A stretch of DNA of 64,000 bases from Orbicella franksi (Eukaryota): NCBI GenBank assembly GCA_964199315.1, contig OZ116701.1:32178001-32242000 (forward strand), read 5' to 3'. Of the stretch, positions 12,606-25,222 are shown piece after piece (the stretch's first letter is position 1; each line of letters begins with the position of its first letter). The notes below the pieces were generated by a model. The model searched no databases and had not been told where the DNA came from. It saw only the letters and a list, made by a program, of their open reading frames with translations. A program made the translations under genes and the position numbers.

Positions 12606-13876
12606 CCTAGAGTAAACTTCTTGGAAACCATACCCTTCACAGCGGCACATACCTATATAGCCCATATATGGCTGTGCCCCCCCCCCCCGCCCCCCGCCGG
12701 GGCTGCAGGCAGGAAAAATTGCCTCTAGCGACAAAAGAAGTTTTTGGCTCAATGTTGACCCATTTTGAGCACTATATATCAAAACAAGAAAGCTGAAGAA
12801 ATCATAATACCGTGTAAAAGGGTGGAAAAACGAGGAAATTTTGACGATCTGTTTAAAAATTAGTAGACATTAAAATTTCAAAAACAGTTGATCAAGTGAG
12901 TCCGAGTGTTCAGCTGAAGTTCTAAATTGAAATTTAAAATTAAAATTCTAAAATTCTAAAACGTATTCTGTATTAATTATGCACAAGGTTCGCCTAAACA
13001 CGTGCACGGCTAACAAAGATCAGCTGATTACGAAGATCACGCCACCAAAGAAAGCATTTACGCATGCGTTTAGTAGGAAAAGGTCCATAGTTCAGAAAGG
13101 TGGAATAATTTTTGCATAGAAATTTCGAAATTGCATGAATAGCTTGTGTCACAACAGAGATATAATCAATATTTTTACGACAGTTTAACTTTTCACGCAA
13201 AAAAACTAATTCGAGCTAATTCGGTGGACTCCTTTGAAAACAGCCATGAAGATCTTTTTGGCAAGACTGTCTTCGAAGCCCGCCAAAAAAATTCTTCACA
13301 TGATCAAGAAAAATTATCTTCGATCGCTTTGATAACGAAACATGCAAGCATGCTAGAATGCAATATTTTCCTCAAATGTAGAGGGAAAGTCAGCTTTAGC
13401 GGTAAGCTTATATAGTTTTCCGGCTCTTTGTTTTTTCTCTTTGTTTCCTGCACCGAAAACCGGTTGAGTTTAGAGTTTCAGCTTATTGTTTACGCAATCG
13501 AGGGTAGCGTCATTGTGTAGCCGTGTCAAGACGATTTCACTCACTGTTTTGGCTATGAAGATCCAACCACTTACACTCTGAATCTTAGTGCAACCTACCG
13601 TGGAAGTTATTTTCCTACCTTATTGCCTGTTTCTTTGACTGCCTTGGATTTTTCTAAGCCATATTTACGCATGAAGTCACGCATATAGCCGAAAATTATC
13701 AGAAAGAAGTAAGACATGTAGGTCATCACGGCGCAATAAAGAGGTGTCTCCTCAAACTCATCCAGCATTTCAGCAGCGTAGTTTTTCTCTTGGCTCGTGA
13801 ACCCGTTTGATCCCTTGTGGAAGCCATTTTTTCTGGAATGCTGACTTCTTCTCGTCGCGTACGAGCCAGCCACCAT
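4019..13876 (-). CDS. SPTLC2: Serine palmitoyltransferase LCB2 subunit, paralog A (divergent), 11 exons, 524 aa
   Basis: Exons 13619-13876, 11495-11649, 10657-10802, 9512-9730, 8959-9064, 8348-8567, 7550-7676, 6780-6816, 6136-6234, 5707-5836, 4019-4096. All introns are GT-AG and phases are consistent (1575 nt). Motifs: SYNYLGF, SDELNH, DEAHS, PLP-lysine GTFTKSFG, C-terminal [16 protein letters not shown]. Confidence 0.95.
7952..8027. repeat. 29-bp tandem minisatellite (~2.6 units)
   Basis: Unit cagtagagaacctgtttgccatatttgta at 7952, 7981 and partially at 8010. Confidence 0.9.
12297..12697. mobile_element. MITE starting cccggggggtact; related copy ~37939-38380
   Basis: cccggggggtact...tgtgccgctggga...ataccctat(c/t)c(t/c)agac motifs are shared with 37939-38380. 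Confidence 0.65.
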
Positions 13877-14869
13877 ATTTGCTTGGCGAAAAGAAATCTA
13901 CACGCTCGTGCGTGACGAATACAACCCGGCGAAAGGGGGGGGGGGGGGGGGGAGGAGGGGGGAACTCTGCAATACAAATGAGGGGCTGATTGTCCGACAT
14001 TTGGAAAAGAAACCCTAAATGGTCTAGAATCGCGATTTGTGACTGTGACTAAATTCATTTTCACCCCTGAGAGATGCCAATTTCAAACAGCAAATTAACT
14101 GTGACTGACAATCTCTTTTTGCTCAATATCCCTCCTAAAAGTGCTGCGGCGGCCATTTCATATTTTACTCAGTTTCATTTCTGTAAGTAGTTCCACCCCC
14201 CCTCCCCCGGGTGGGGAGGGAAAGCATGCCCGGCCCTCAGTCAACAATCTAAACACGACAAGTGTCAAGAACTTCATTCACTACTCTCCATTCAGCATCG
14301 AGTTCATTGTCAGCATGTTTTGTTTTGTAAGTCAGCACCTGTTGTAGACTTGTCATGTTTAAGCTGTGTCGTAATCAAGTCAGTTTCGTGGAGCAACGTC
14401 AGAATATTTTAGATATAGCGTGGTGAATGTTTAAAAGAACAGCAAATTTACTAGTAAATACACTTAAACTCTGTCTGGTGTTGTCTGCTGTTCAGTATTA
14501 TTCAGGCAAATGTTTCGTTCGATTTTAGGCGCAAATTTTAGCCCTCAAAGCTTGTGTAATGCGTCAAGCAAATCGGATTTATTTCTTGAAACTAAACAAC
14601 GATTATGTTTTTCTTAGGAGGTCTCCTATTATATTGCGCAACAGTACGAGCTGGAGGAGTTGCGTGACTCTGTTCAATGCGTACCTTGTCAAGCACGCGA
14701 CCGATCTGCGGGTCACGCGAAGTAAGCACGGACGAAGTTAACCCTGTTATAGTTACAGACCGATGTCATTGCTACAAACAGGCACAAAAGCAGTTGTTGA
14801 GACACTGTTCGAAAACAAACTTTCAGCCTTCAAGTGTAATTTGTCCTACCTACACTGTCATATTTCGCT

Positions 14870-15180
14870 CCCATTCCGACTTCCCCCAGAGGTCTCAATT
14901 TTTGGTGCTATTTAAAGCAACCTCTGGGAACAAAATTGACACAGACCTTGCAGATAACAAAAATAGCGCACGAGGGCATACTTGAAGCTACTTGAGCCGA
15001 AACTAATCCAGATGAGCAAAAGCTATTATAATTCGATGCATTTTTTTTTCTTCCCTCTGACCGTTTGCCACGTACATTGTACGTCACGGAGGCAGTTAGA
15101 AGTAACTGGCCTTCGGCAAAAAATTGATCTCCGAGACACTGACAAATCCCGATATTTTGCTCAACCTGGTCCAATAATTG
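14870..15180. repeat. Interspersed repeat, same family as 1605-1877
   Basis: Direct sequence similarity to 1605-1877. Confidence 0.85.
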
Positions 15181-16706
15181 TTTATTATTTTTGTTCATTT
15201 CCCGGTCATTTGTTTTAGGTTCAGCTCACGTGAAGTTCGACTTACAACGCAGCCATACGTGTAGAACAAGTCAACGATTTCCACAAGTATTTAATTACAC
15301 TGGTTTTAGGTTGTTTCATATCAGTCTGTGATCAGGCACTACTCTATGCTTGTTATTACCTAACATAAAAAACATTGTACCTTCTTCAAGTTATTTTATT
15401 GGTTTATCGGCACAGAACAAGTGCCTCTTTTTACTGAGCCCGCGCGTTCCAGCAGCGTTGTGTTGTCGCCTAGCAACATGACGTCTGATGACATTTCTTT
15501 CCGAGTTCTTTCCGAACGGTAGAGGAATCGTAAACTTTATTTCTGCTGCTTTCACGAGGACTTCAGTGCTAAAGCTGGCATTAGTTCCTCACCAGTATGC
15601 ATATTTAAATTACATCCTAGACTCGGAACGAAAGCAAAACTCGCAATTCGCGAGAGACACCCACGCAAATGACGAAACTTTGCCACTCGCGCGCGTGTTT
15701 TAACCCCACCGAGCCACGTTGAACAAGTATTATTACAGATCCTCTGTCAAGACCACTCAACTCAAGAATATCCTAGAAAATTTTAGCGCGCAAATGGTTA
15801 GTATGAAATGCGCACTTTGAGTTAAGGCTATTATTTTCACCTAAGTTCTTACCATTCTTTCTCACAGAATCGCTAAACATACAATCCTGCGGCAGTGTTA
15901 AATATTTAAAGTATATGATATATGATCCTACATGCTGTAGCGTTAAATAAGTAACTCCAAAAACTGCACTGCTTAAAGTAGGGTAAACATATAAAATGTT
16001 GTATATGAAAAGTTATGTTCGTTTTAAAAAACAGAAAAGGTACCCAAAAGTAGCGCCCCTATAAAGAAAATGTGCATCTTTTTCACAATGATGAATTTAC
16101 ACAATATTTGTTATACAATTCTTACCATATAATATTTTTCTTCAAATTGCTTGCTACTGATTTAGTGAAAACTTAAAACAAGACATATTTCTTTTTCGGT
16201 ATACTCGGAAAATTATGTCTCTGAACAGTTGCCCACCACTCTGATTACACTGAGAGAAGAGGGAGTACCCGGACCAAGTTATGTAATCTTGACGTAAGTC
16301 ACCAGTCCAAAAAAATTCGAGCCAATGAGCACTAGATAGCTTTCGGCACTAGAATTTCCGAGATTATCTTTTTAACAATACCTTGTTGCCATTGGAACCA
16401 TTGACCAATGATAGCTCACATTGACCGTCTAGGCTTCATAGTGCCGAAAGCTAATACTCTGTACATACCTGAGGACTGGGTCGGATACGTATCTACAGAG
16501 AACCAACAATTAAATATAATATATTTTAAAATCCACAGCGAGTTTTTTTGGCCTCCTTGCATATTAATTCTAGGCGCATTCCAGGAAAGAAGCAGAGCTT
16601 CTAGTCACACTGGTAATATCAATGGATCAAAGTATTTGCACACTAATTCAATTACATTTGATGTCTATGGTACAGGACAAACTTCTTCCTGATGGAGAAA
16701 ATTCAG

Positions 16707-19700
16707 TTATTTTTTGTGTTTCTGTTTCGAGTACTTGAGTTGCAGAATGTCGCCCACTTCATCGATAGCCTCCAAAGCCTGAAAAGTAATTAAATAAAAG
16801 TTACTTTTCGTGACGACATCTCACTGTTTCATCTTTGAACGATTTATGACCAATTAATGGTAAAAATCAGACACATTACAAAATTCGCCCCTATTGAACT
16901 AGGGCCACAAGAGAACGTCAAGCTCGCCTGGTTCGAGATGCTTCGTTCATGTTTTGCGCCACTCAGCATGTTATCTCTAACGTTTTCACAACCACGACAA
17001 GAAAAATCGTATGGTTTTCTCAAAATTCGAACATCAAACAGGTTTGGGCCACCTAAAACTGCTCTGCTAGTGACTTTACAGAGTTCTGAAATTCTTTTAG
17101 CACTGCTTCACTGCTAGGTTATTTTCCACTGACCTTGTCCAACATTTCCCGCGTGTGAGCAGCTGACAAGCAGAACCTGGTGCGAGATTCGATCAGAGGA
17201 GTGGCAGGGAACCCAACCACAACAACAGCGACGTTCCTCTTTAACATTTCACGGCCAAACGCTCTAAAGAAAGAGAACAACGGCTTTTGAATTTATAATT
17301 AAAAAAACGTACAAAGAAGTTAGCCGACCTATCTACCATCTCAAAATGAAGAGAGTAGAACCAAAGCCTAACAGGGAGTAAAGTTTAGGGCACAGGTAAC
17401 CCTTGCAGTCTGTCTGACAATAAGCTTAATGCGGGCTGTAGCACCGGTTACCTGAAACCTCATAGGATTTTCAAATGTAGGTTTTGCTCGCAGAAAATAA
17501 TTTCAAGACAAAATTAATTTTGCCATCCACCCATCCACATCATCTTTAAAACAAATGTTTCTGCATTACCAACATCAGCCATCTGTGCTGAAACTTTGCA
17601 ATGACGCTTAAGTTTTCACGCTCTCAATTCTAAACAGACTACTTGCGGTTTCTCAAGAAAAGGTCAGTACAAAACTTATGAGGTTATAGAGAGGGCATGC
17701 GAAACTTGTTCTTGAAGCCTAAAAAACAATGTTAATTTAGGGAGGAGGCCACATCAGCCTTAGCTGATTTTCATGCCGGTCCTGTCCAGGTCGAAGTGGA
17801 ATTTGGAGACGTTGGTTTTTGTAAAGGGAGGAAAACCGGAGAACCCGGAGAAAAACCCTCGGAGCAAGGAGAGAACCAACAACAAAGTCAACCCACATAT
17901 GGCACCGGGCCAGAATCAAACCCAGGCCACATTGGTTGGAAGCGAGCGCTCTCACCACTTCACTATCCCTGCTCCCCATGCTGATTCAAATAAAGGCGTA
18001 CTCACGCAATTTTTGCTGGCATAAAGAGAAGAAGAGGTACAACAGGCGAGGCATCATGACCATAAACAATAAATCCCATTTCTTTGAGCCTTTGCCGGAA
18101 ATACCTAAAGAACAAAAAAAAAAGGGAAAACTTGTACAGATGTAACCTTTTACATGTACCAGCTAGGTAGATCAAGGTAAATTACCAAGTAATGTATACA
18201 CATTACACACAGATTTTTCAGATTTTTCCTTACTTGCAGTTTTCAGCAAGGGCAATCAGTCTTTTCTTCCCTGGAAGAGTTAAAATTAAAATTGTCAATC
18301 ACTTCCTTGTAATGCAAAAACTGGAGGGAAATTGCTCTTAACTTTTGTTTTTGCTGGTAGTATCAGGGGGAGGACAGGGGGTGGCAGATGGACTGTCACT
18401 GGAGAGAAGATGTACATGTATGAACCCGATACAATCAATGCTTTTGGCACAATCAATCTTGAACAACACCATTAACTGTTAACTAACCAACCTTTGTCTG
18501 TGCCGTCTTCACCCATGATCATCTTCATGGATGAGATGATTTGCATCACCACTGGAGGCGACATGGAAGAAGCGTAGGCTGCACTGTGAGAACTTCCTCG
18601 GATGTGACTAATTATTTCCTGTGGAATAAAACAAGTTCATCAGAAAACCCGCATTCACATTGAACTCAATTTAATAATCAACAAATTGACCAAGAAACAA
18701 ATTCCAATCAAGTAACCGATGTACATTGAGCTCACTTCTGTTTACAATTGTTTGTTTGTTTGTTTGTTTGTTTTGGTGGAGGGGGTGATTGAATAACTCT
18801 AAGATATAAATGCCACAAAATAATGTGTTAAATATTACAGCCCAGCTATGTGATGTTGAAATGTACATGTACATGTTCATGTATTAAATGAGTACAAAAA
18901 TTGTGTTCCATGATATTTGTAATGTACATGTAAGAATCAAATTAATTATAAGTTTAATGCTATGCACACAGACTTCATTTCCCTACCCATGACAAGTACT
19001 AAGCACTGAGTTCAATCTCTACCTTTCAGAGTCATAACAAATCAACTAATAACCATTTTGGTCTGTAGGGCCACCTTACAATCTTTACCTCTGCCATTGT
19101 TTTGTACTAATATTCATCACTCTCCAGACCACAGTGGATCATACATGTACATGTGCATGTTTGTACAGGAAATGTCATTATTATCAAGCTGACCTTAGTT
19201 GCAGCAATGTATCCCCCTGCTGCTCCAAAGCTCTTGGTAAATGTGCCCATCATGATGTCGATATCAGCTGGGTCCACACCAAAGTAGTCTGTAACGCCCC
19301 TTCCATTGGGACCCATGGCACCAATACTGTGGGCCTCATCAAGAAAAATGTATGCTTTGTACTTCTTTTTAAGGGCGACAACCTCTGGCAGCCTCACTAT
19401 CGAGCCTTCCATACTAGAAATTAAACATGACAGTTTAAAGTATTTTTTATGTCGATGATTGGGTTGAAAAACTGTTTACAGGATATGTCCAGTGCTGTAT
19501 AATTTATTGAAATTCTGTTTATACTACATTTAAAACAGTTAATTAAAATTAAAACTAGAAAAAAAAAACTTGCATACTACTACATTGTAACCCTCCGAGG
19601 AAGCCATGGGCTAAAACAAATCTCAGGTTTATCACTTCAGACTTTAAATTTAATTGTAGAAGGGCAGGCTTTGAGTGTTTGTAATAGAGAATACTTATTA

Positions 19701-22700
19701 TCAGTGAGCGTGCACTAAAGAATGTACATTGTAGAATTTTTTTTGCCTATAAATAATTTTTTCTTCAAAAATCAAGACACTAAATTTGATGTAAATATAT
19801 GCATGCATATATTAACAACTATTGCCATAGTGACCTATCAATCTTACTGTAAATCACTGTGTCTCATACTATACATGTAGTAGCACTTCTAAGTTAACTG
19901 CAGAGCAAATCTACAGTACATGGCTTTTTCCGCTTACCTGTAGATACCCTCAACAATGATGAGTATTTTTCTCCATGGTCTGTGGGTGCGTGGTTGTCCC
20001 TGGACAACTGACTCACGGAGAATACTTTCCAGACTCTTCATATCTGAGGCAGAGAGTGAATGTTAACAGTATTTAAATCAGCAAATTATTAAAAATATGT
20101 TCACTAGTAAGCAGGGGTTTCGTTAGCATTTTCAGCAGGAAGACAACTGGTTTTCACAGGTGGGCACAACGTTTTGAACTGAACTCCTTTTTTCGAAAAA
20201 CTTTCTTCTAGATGTTCAAACCAGGTGGGAAAATTGACCCCAGAGCCAGTCAATTTGACTGGTGCCCGGCCCTTATTGAAACTCCTGAGTATATGTAAAG
20301 TATCAATAATAACAACCTTATATAACTCTTCAAGGCCTTGTTGTGGTATCCCCCACCCAGCATTTTGTCAGTTCACCCAATACACATTTCTGTTTCTGGG
20401 TGCCGATGAAGAGACTAGCAATGAACCATTAATGAGTTCACTTTGTGACAAGCGTGGGACAGGAGTGGAGTGTACAAAAAATGCTCACTACTTTGATGTT
20501 TTAACCAAAAGCAATGTAAAGTGGTGTTTGTCACTGTACAACGTACGACTACAGCTACTGTAGTTCTTACCATTGTGTTTGAAGACTTTAATTTTGGCTC
20601 CAGACAATCTTGCCCCGAGCACAAGTGAGGAATGGTTCAGCTCATCACTGACTATCAAATCTCCCTTACCCACCAGGGTGGGTATGTTGGTGGAGTTGGT
20701 AGCAAAACCCATCCCAAACGCCATTGCGGCGGGCTTGCCAAGAAAACGTGCCACGAGAGTCTCCAGTTCATCATGAAGGTGAAGAGTACCTGATGAAGAC
20801 AATCTCTCAATTACTTCAAATCAATGTTTCAAAGGCAATTATGTTGGGAATCACACAATCATATTGCAAACTTTGGACCACTATTTACAGCTTGGCCATT
20901 ACAGTTCAACACACATGTATACATGTTTGATTAACTTTTAACTGCACATTTACTGATCTCACCATACTCATGTCGTGAGCTGCATCCTCCCAGACCAAAT
21001 TTATGGACTGCCTGTTCTGCAGCCTGTGCACATGGTCCAACATTTTCCGCAAACCCAAGGTAATTATAAGAACCCAGATTGAGTGCCTTTGTGGTGTCTC
21101 CAGTTTGCCTAAAATTGAGGGAAAAATTATAAGACGCTCAGTTAATTTTTCTAATTTTCCATAAATGTCTGTAAATTTGGCAGGCTAGACACAGTTGGCA
21201 TGAAAAAAAAATCATACACAAACGTGTGGAACATTAGAAAAATTAACTGAGCGTCTTATAGCCAAGCTACATCCTTCAAACTTGGTGAATACAATCTCCT
21301 ACCTAGTATTTTAACATAACGGTTGCGATTCACAAATTGTGTAAAATTCAATTTTGGAAAAAGTTATTTGCCATCAGATTCCCATACAAACACTAATTTC
21401 TGAATGTTTTGCCTTCCTGTCGAGGGCATCGAAAACCATGATAAAGTCTATTGAACCAATTGAGTAAACTAGCTTATTTGTAAAGGGTGCCTCAACTAGA
21501 CAAGCCACCATGTGAGTGGATGTGAAATAGCTATGTCATACCTGAAGGACCACCCATAGTCATCAGATACTCTATTGAGAACCTCAATATCGGCACCAGG
21601 AACACTGCAGATTGGTCTGTTCCAACAGTCCCTTATACGAGTGTAAAGGTTTCTTGTGTAGAAACTTTCAAAATCAGCATAGAGAGGGACAAACCCCTAA
21701 AACAAAAACAAAAAATACCATTTGAGGCAAATTAGTGTTACATGTACTCAGGGACTTATTTTGATTTAAAAGTACAATGTAAATTTTCAACCACAAAATA
21801 AAAAAAAGTAGGCTCTAAAAATGGGAAAATATGAAAACATCACAGATTGAACTGCATTGTACATGTACCTGAGTCGCCATTTCCTCTTTTCACTTTTAGG
21901 TTTTCTCATTTATAATTTCATTATACTAAAATTCAGAATGGATGTAAGGCAATTTCAAGCAGAAACTACCATACTAGTAGGACCCATCTGCAATAGGGTA
22001 CATGTAGGCTGACAAAATGTGTTTGGTTCTACCAAAAATCATGACAAATCTTCTCTCCAACCAATTTTCACTTCAGTTAAAGTGTACACGGTTAAAAATC
22101 AACAAACTGTTGGCTCCTGAACCACCAAATGCCAGTCACATGTGAATTAAAAACTTTCTGGCTATGGCAAAACAAATGAATTGATGTTTTCCTTAAAATG
22201 CCCATCTCAACGCTTCACATGAGAAGCTTTACCCTTTAAAAAAATTCTGTCCAGAGAGTCTTTTAATCTTGGTAAGTAATTCTTCAAATGCCTTAGGCCC
22301 AGTTCAGACGTCGCTTTTCCGCCGTGCCAAACTAAATTGCAATTTGGTTCGACTGCAGTACAGCAGAAAAACAACTTTGACTCGGACATCGTGCCAGAGT
22401 CGCACCAAATTCAGGATATACTGAAGCCTCGTAACAACTCTCCTCCTAACTCCCCATGGGAACGCAATCTCCCCAAAATACAATAATATAACAAATTTAT
22501 GAATTTTGTTTAGCCAACAGAAGCATGACGTTTGAATTGCTGCCATGCCAAAGTTGTGTAGCACAGCAGAGCTTGCCAAACTTGATTGCTTGGCGAACTT
22601 AATTCAAAAGTTTGATTCGGGCGCCGTGCTTCTGGCGTGCTTTTGTCGAACTTAATTCCTGAATTAAGTTTGGCACAACAGAAGCACAATGTCTGAACTG

Positions 22701-23749
22701 GGCCCTAGAAATGAAAAAGCTGCAGTAAGTGAAGTTTAGATCAAAATGCATACAACAATTTTTTACGTTATTTTAGGAGACAAACTTGAAAGGGTTAACC
22801 TCGTTTGTCTCCTTTTCCACCTTTCTTTTATTTTCATTTCATTCCATTTGAATTTGAATTTGAATTGTTCATAAACATTTATGTATCAAATCCTTTGGCT
22901 AAATTTTCAAATACCCGGGCTACCTTCTTTTATCTTATTGCATAACAAATAGTTTTTGTTTCAAATTGCATCGTTCTAAAAGAGACCTGGTTAGCTCTTT
23001 GGTAGTCGCTCGATTTTCTACAATTGCTCACATACTTTGTCCAAAGATAAAGCGTTTCAACTATTCACTGAGAAATACGAATCTTAGACGATAAACCACA
23101 TTTTTAGTCGATGACAACATCAACGTGTTCGCCCATGCGTACACGCATCAAAACATCGCGAAGCTATGAACATGCCGTATCGAAGCACGCTTCAGAGCTA
23201 TTTTTGACAAAAAGAACGCTAAATCCTTAATCTTTAGTAAATAAATTTTCTTAATGCTGTAAATAAACTTCGTGGAAAGTGAAATCGGTGAACTTCTACG
23301 CAGTTACACCACGCTATTGATTTGAAATCGGCTTGGTCAACGCCTACAAACTCATGTTTTACTCGAGCTCGAGACAGCTGACTTCGAGAAATCTGCCTGA
23401 TCCTGACATTATCGACGACTTCCAAGACCTCAAACCGGTAATAAAACTAAACAAACTATTTTCTAACAAAACTAACCTTGTTTCCATACTCTTTGGGAGC
23501 TTTCGACCGTTCCAAGCCATATTTTCGCATGAAGTCACGCAAGTAACCGAACAGAATCAAGAAGAAGTATGATAAGTAGGTTAAAACAGCCACTTGGAAC
23601 GGTGTATCTTCAAACTCCTCGACAAAAGATTCTTTAAACTCTTTAAGCTTCTCTTGCTCGTGAGATGAAAAGCCATTTGCTTTGGCAGAATAGCCATTTT
23701 TGTATGGTTTTCGCCTCCGTGGACTCGTAGTATACGCTCCCGCGACCAT
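16707..23749 (-). CDS. SPTLC2: Serine palmitoyltransferase LCB2 subunit, paralog B (canonical), 11 exons, 527 aa
   Basis: Exons 23477-23749, 21542-21696, 20963-21108, 20571-20789, 19938-20043, 19194-19413, 18492-18618, 18234-18270, 18006-18104, 17134-17263, 16707-16778 (1584 nt). Internal exon sizes equal those of paralog A. Motifs: [52 protein letters not shown]. Confidence 0.95.
17728..17977 (-). mobile_element. tRNA-derived SINE with V-domain-like core (intron 9 of SPT paralog B)
   Basis: Reverse complement of the 59590 element, with core ...ctccgagggtttttctccgggttctccggttttcctccc. It explains spurious ORFs at 17737-18024. Confidence 0.75.
18748..18774. repeat. (TTTG)n microsatellite
   Basis: ttgtttgtttgtttgtttgtttgtttt read directly. 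Confidence 0.9.
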
Positions 23750-24009
23750 CTTGAGTTGTTTAATTTCCCTCTAGTTCCCAGTCCCTTATTGCTCAACTGA
23801 TCACCTGGAAGGGGCGTGGCATTACAGTTGCTGCCGGCTGTATTCCGGGGTTCCGGCCGGACGATGATAAATTTCGAGCACGCATGATTTTATTTTATCA
23901 TTGGTAATATCAAATTACTGAAAGATCTGGTCTCTCCTTGTTAACCAACGGGCTCCCCATCTCCCTCACAGCGAGACTTTGCCATCCTTTGCTCTCCCAG
24001 CTGATGATG

Positions 24010-24237
24010 TAGCCTGCGTAGCTGGCGGTATTGTAGGCGGAATAAAGTTTTGGCGTCGGCCGAAATAAAGTTTTGGCAGCGAAGCCGCTAATCGCGAGCG
24101 GCGAAGCCGCCTGAAATACTAACAAAATACGAAGTCCTCCTCCCCATTCTCCTCGCGGCTTCGCCGTTAAAACTTTGTTTCGGCCCACGCCAAAACTTTA
24201 TTCCGCGCGCCTACAATACCGCCAGCTACGCAGGCTA
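24010..24237. mobile_element. Non-autonomous DNA transposon (MITE) with TAG...CTA termini and 9-bp TSD
   Basis: TIR tagcctgcgtagctggcggtattgtaggcg / cctacaataccgccagctacgcaggcta; perfect flanking direct repeat ctgatgatg at 24001-24009 and 24238-24246. Confidence 0.9.
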
Positions 24238-24314
24238 CTGATGATGTCAAGGAACATACTGCCCAAAATTCACGATATTTTCTCAGAGAAAGTATAACAA
24301 ACGTACAGCAAAAC

Positions 24315-24593
24315 ATGGCGAAGAAATCCAAAAAGAGTGTGATAATGTTTGAGTTGTTTGAACTGCCTCGTTTCCAGGGTGGGAAGATGAGAGACCCTGG
24401 GGACGAGGTAAGTACAGTGAAAAAAAAAAAGGAAAAAAGAGACTGTAAGCGGCTCAGCATTGTTCTAGTAACCGTCCTATCTGTGGAACTTTCTTCTCGT
24501 TATGACTTCAATAAATTTATTTGGATGCAATTTTCTATCTTTTCTATGAAATTTCTTCACTACCAGGATTCGTTGAGGTCAAAAGCACACTGA
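24315..24593 (+). CDS. Candidate two-exon micro-ORF (39 aa), or 5' exons of an unannotated transcript
   Basis: Start context aaaacATGG; exon 24315-24407; donor GTAAGT; 159-nt intron with a long pyrimidine tract ending taccag; exon 24567-24593; AATAAA near 24678. No homology recognised. Confidence 0.35.
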   Translation: MAKKSKKSVIMFELFELPRFQGGKMRDPGDEVSTVKKKKEKRDCKRLSIVLVTVLSVELSSRYDFNKFIWMQFSIFSMKFLHYQDSLRSKAH

Positions 24594-25222
24594 GGCTGTC
24601 AAAAATCAGTGGAGGTGGAGGGGTGGGAGTGGACTAATTCATCTGAGGCAACGAAAGCAAATGCTCGACTGATATCAAATAAAAACAAAACGACTAAGCC
24701 CTCTGTGAACCCTTATTTTTTAATTTATGTATGAACATATACATTTTTTTGAATTCTACGAAAAGAGCGTTTTAGCCATGATACGAAAAGCGATAACATA
24801 TAAATCAGATAAAATACACAGTTGATCAAAATGCTTGTTAACTGGTTATTAACGATAAGTTCATGAGTGTGAGTATTTAAATTCCCGCTAAGTCAACAAG
24901 CATGCTTGATTTGATTTACGTGAGCTACAGAAAAAGGAGCAAACGAGATTTGATATGGTCGTTCAAAGCTCCTCTTGCAAGCAGCCTGCCGTAAATGCAT
25001 GAACGCATTGCGTACCTATAATTTCATTCGTATCGATTGGTATTATCACTTCCTTTAATTTGCTGCTATAATTACAATATTCTTTTTAGAATCCTCCCTT
25101 TTTAGATTCCAGACCAGTCTATGCTAATTCTTCTGACTAAGATAATATACGATTGTAGCTGCCGGATACTCTAGAAGAGGGCCTCTATGATAGTTCGATG
25201 TTTGTGAGTATCTTTATTCATA

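Noticed and set aside
13726-14064. Pro/Gly-rich ORFs (PPPPPPP, GGGGGGG)
   Set aside because: Translations of a homopolymer tract upstream of SPT-A.
23750-25222. Search for an SPT small subunit (SPTSSA/B) or ORMDL gene beside the SPT pair
   Set aside because: No YQY...YMLEPWE-like or ORMDL-like coding sequence was seen here or elsewhere in the window.
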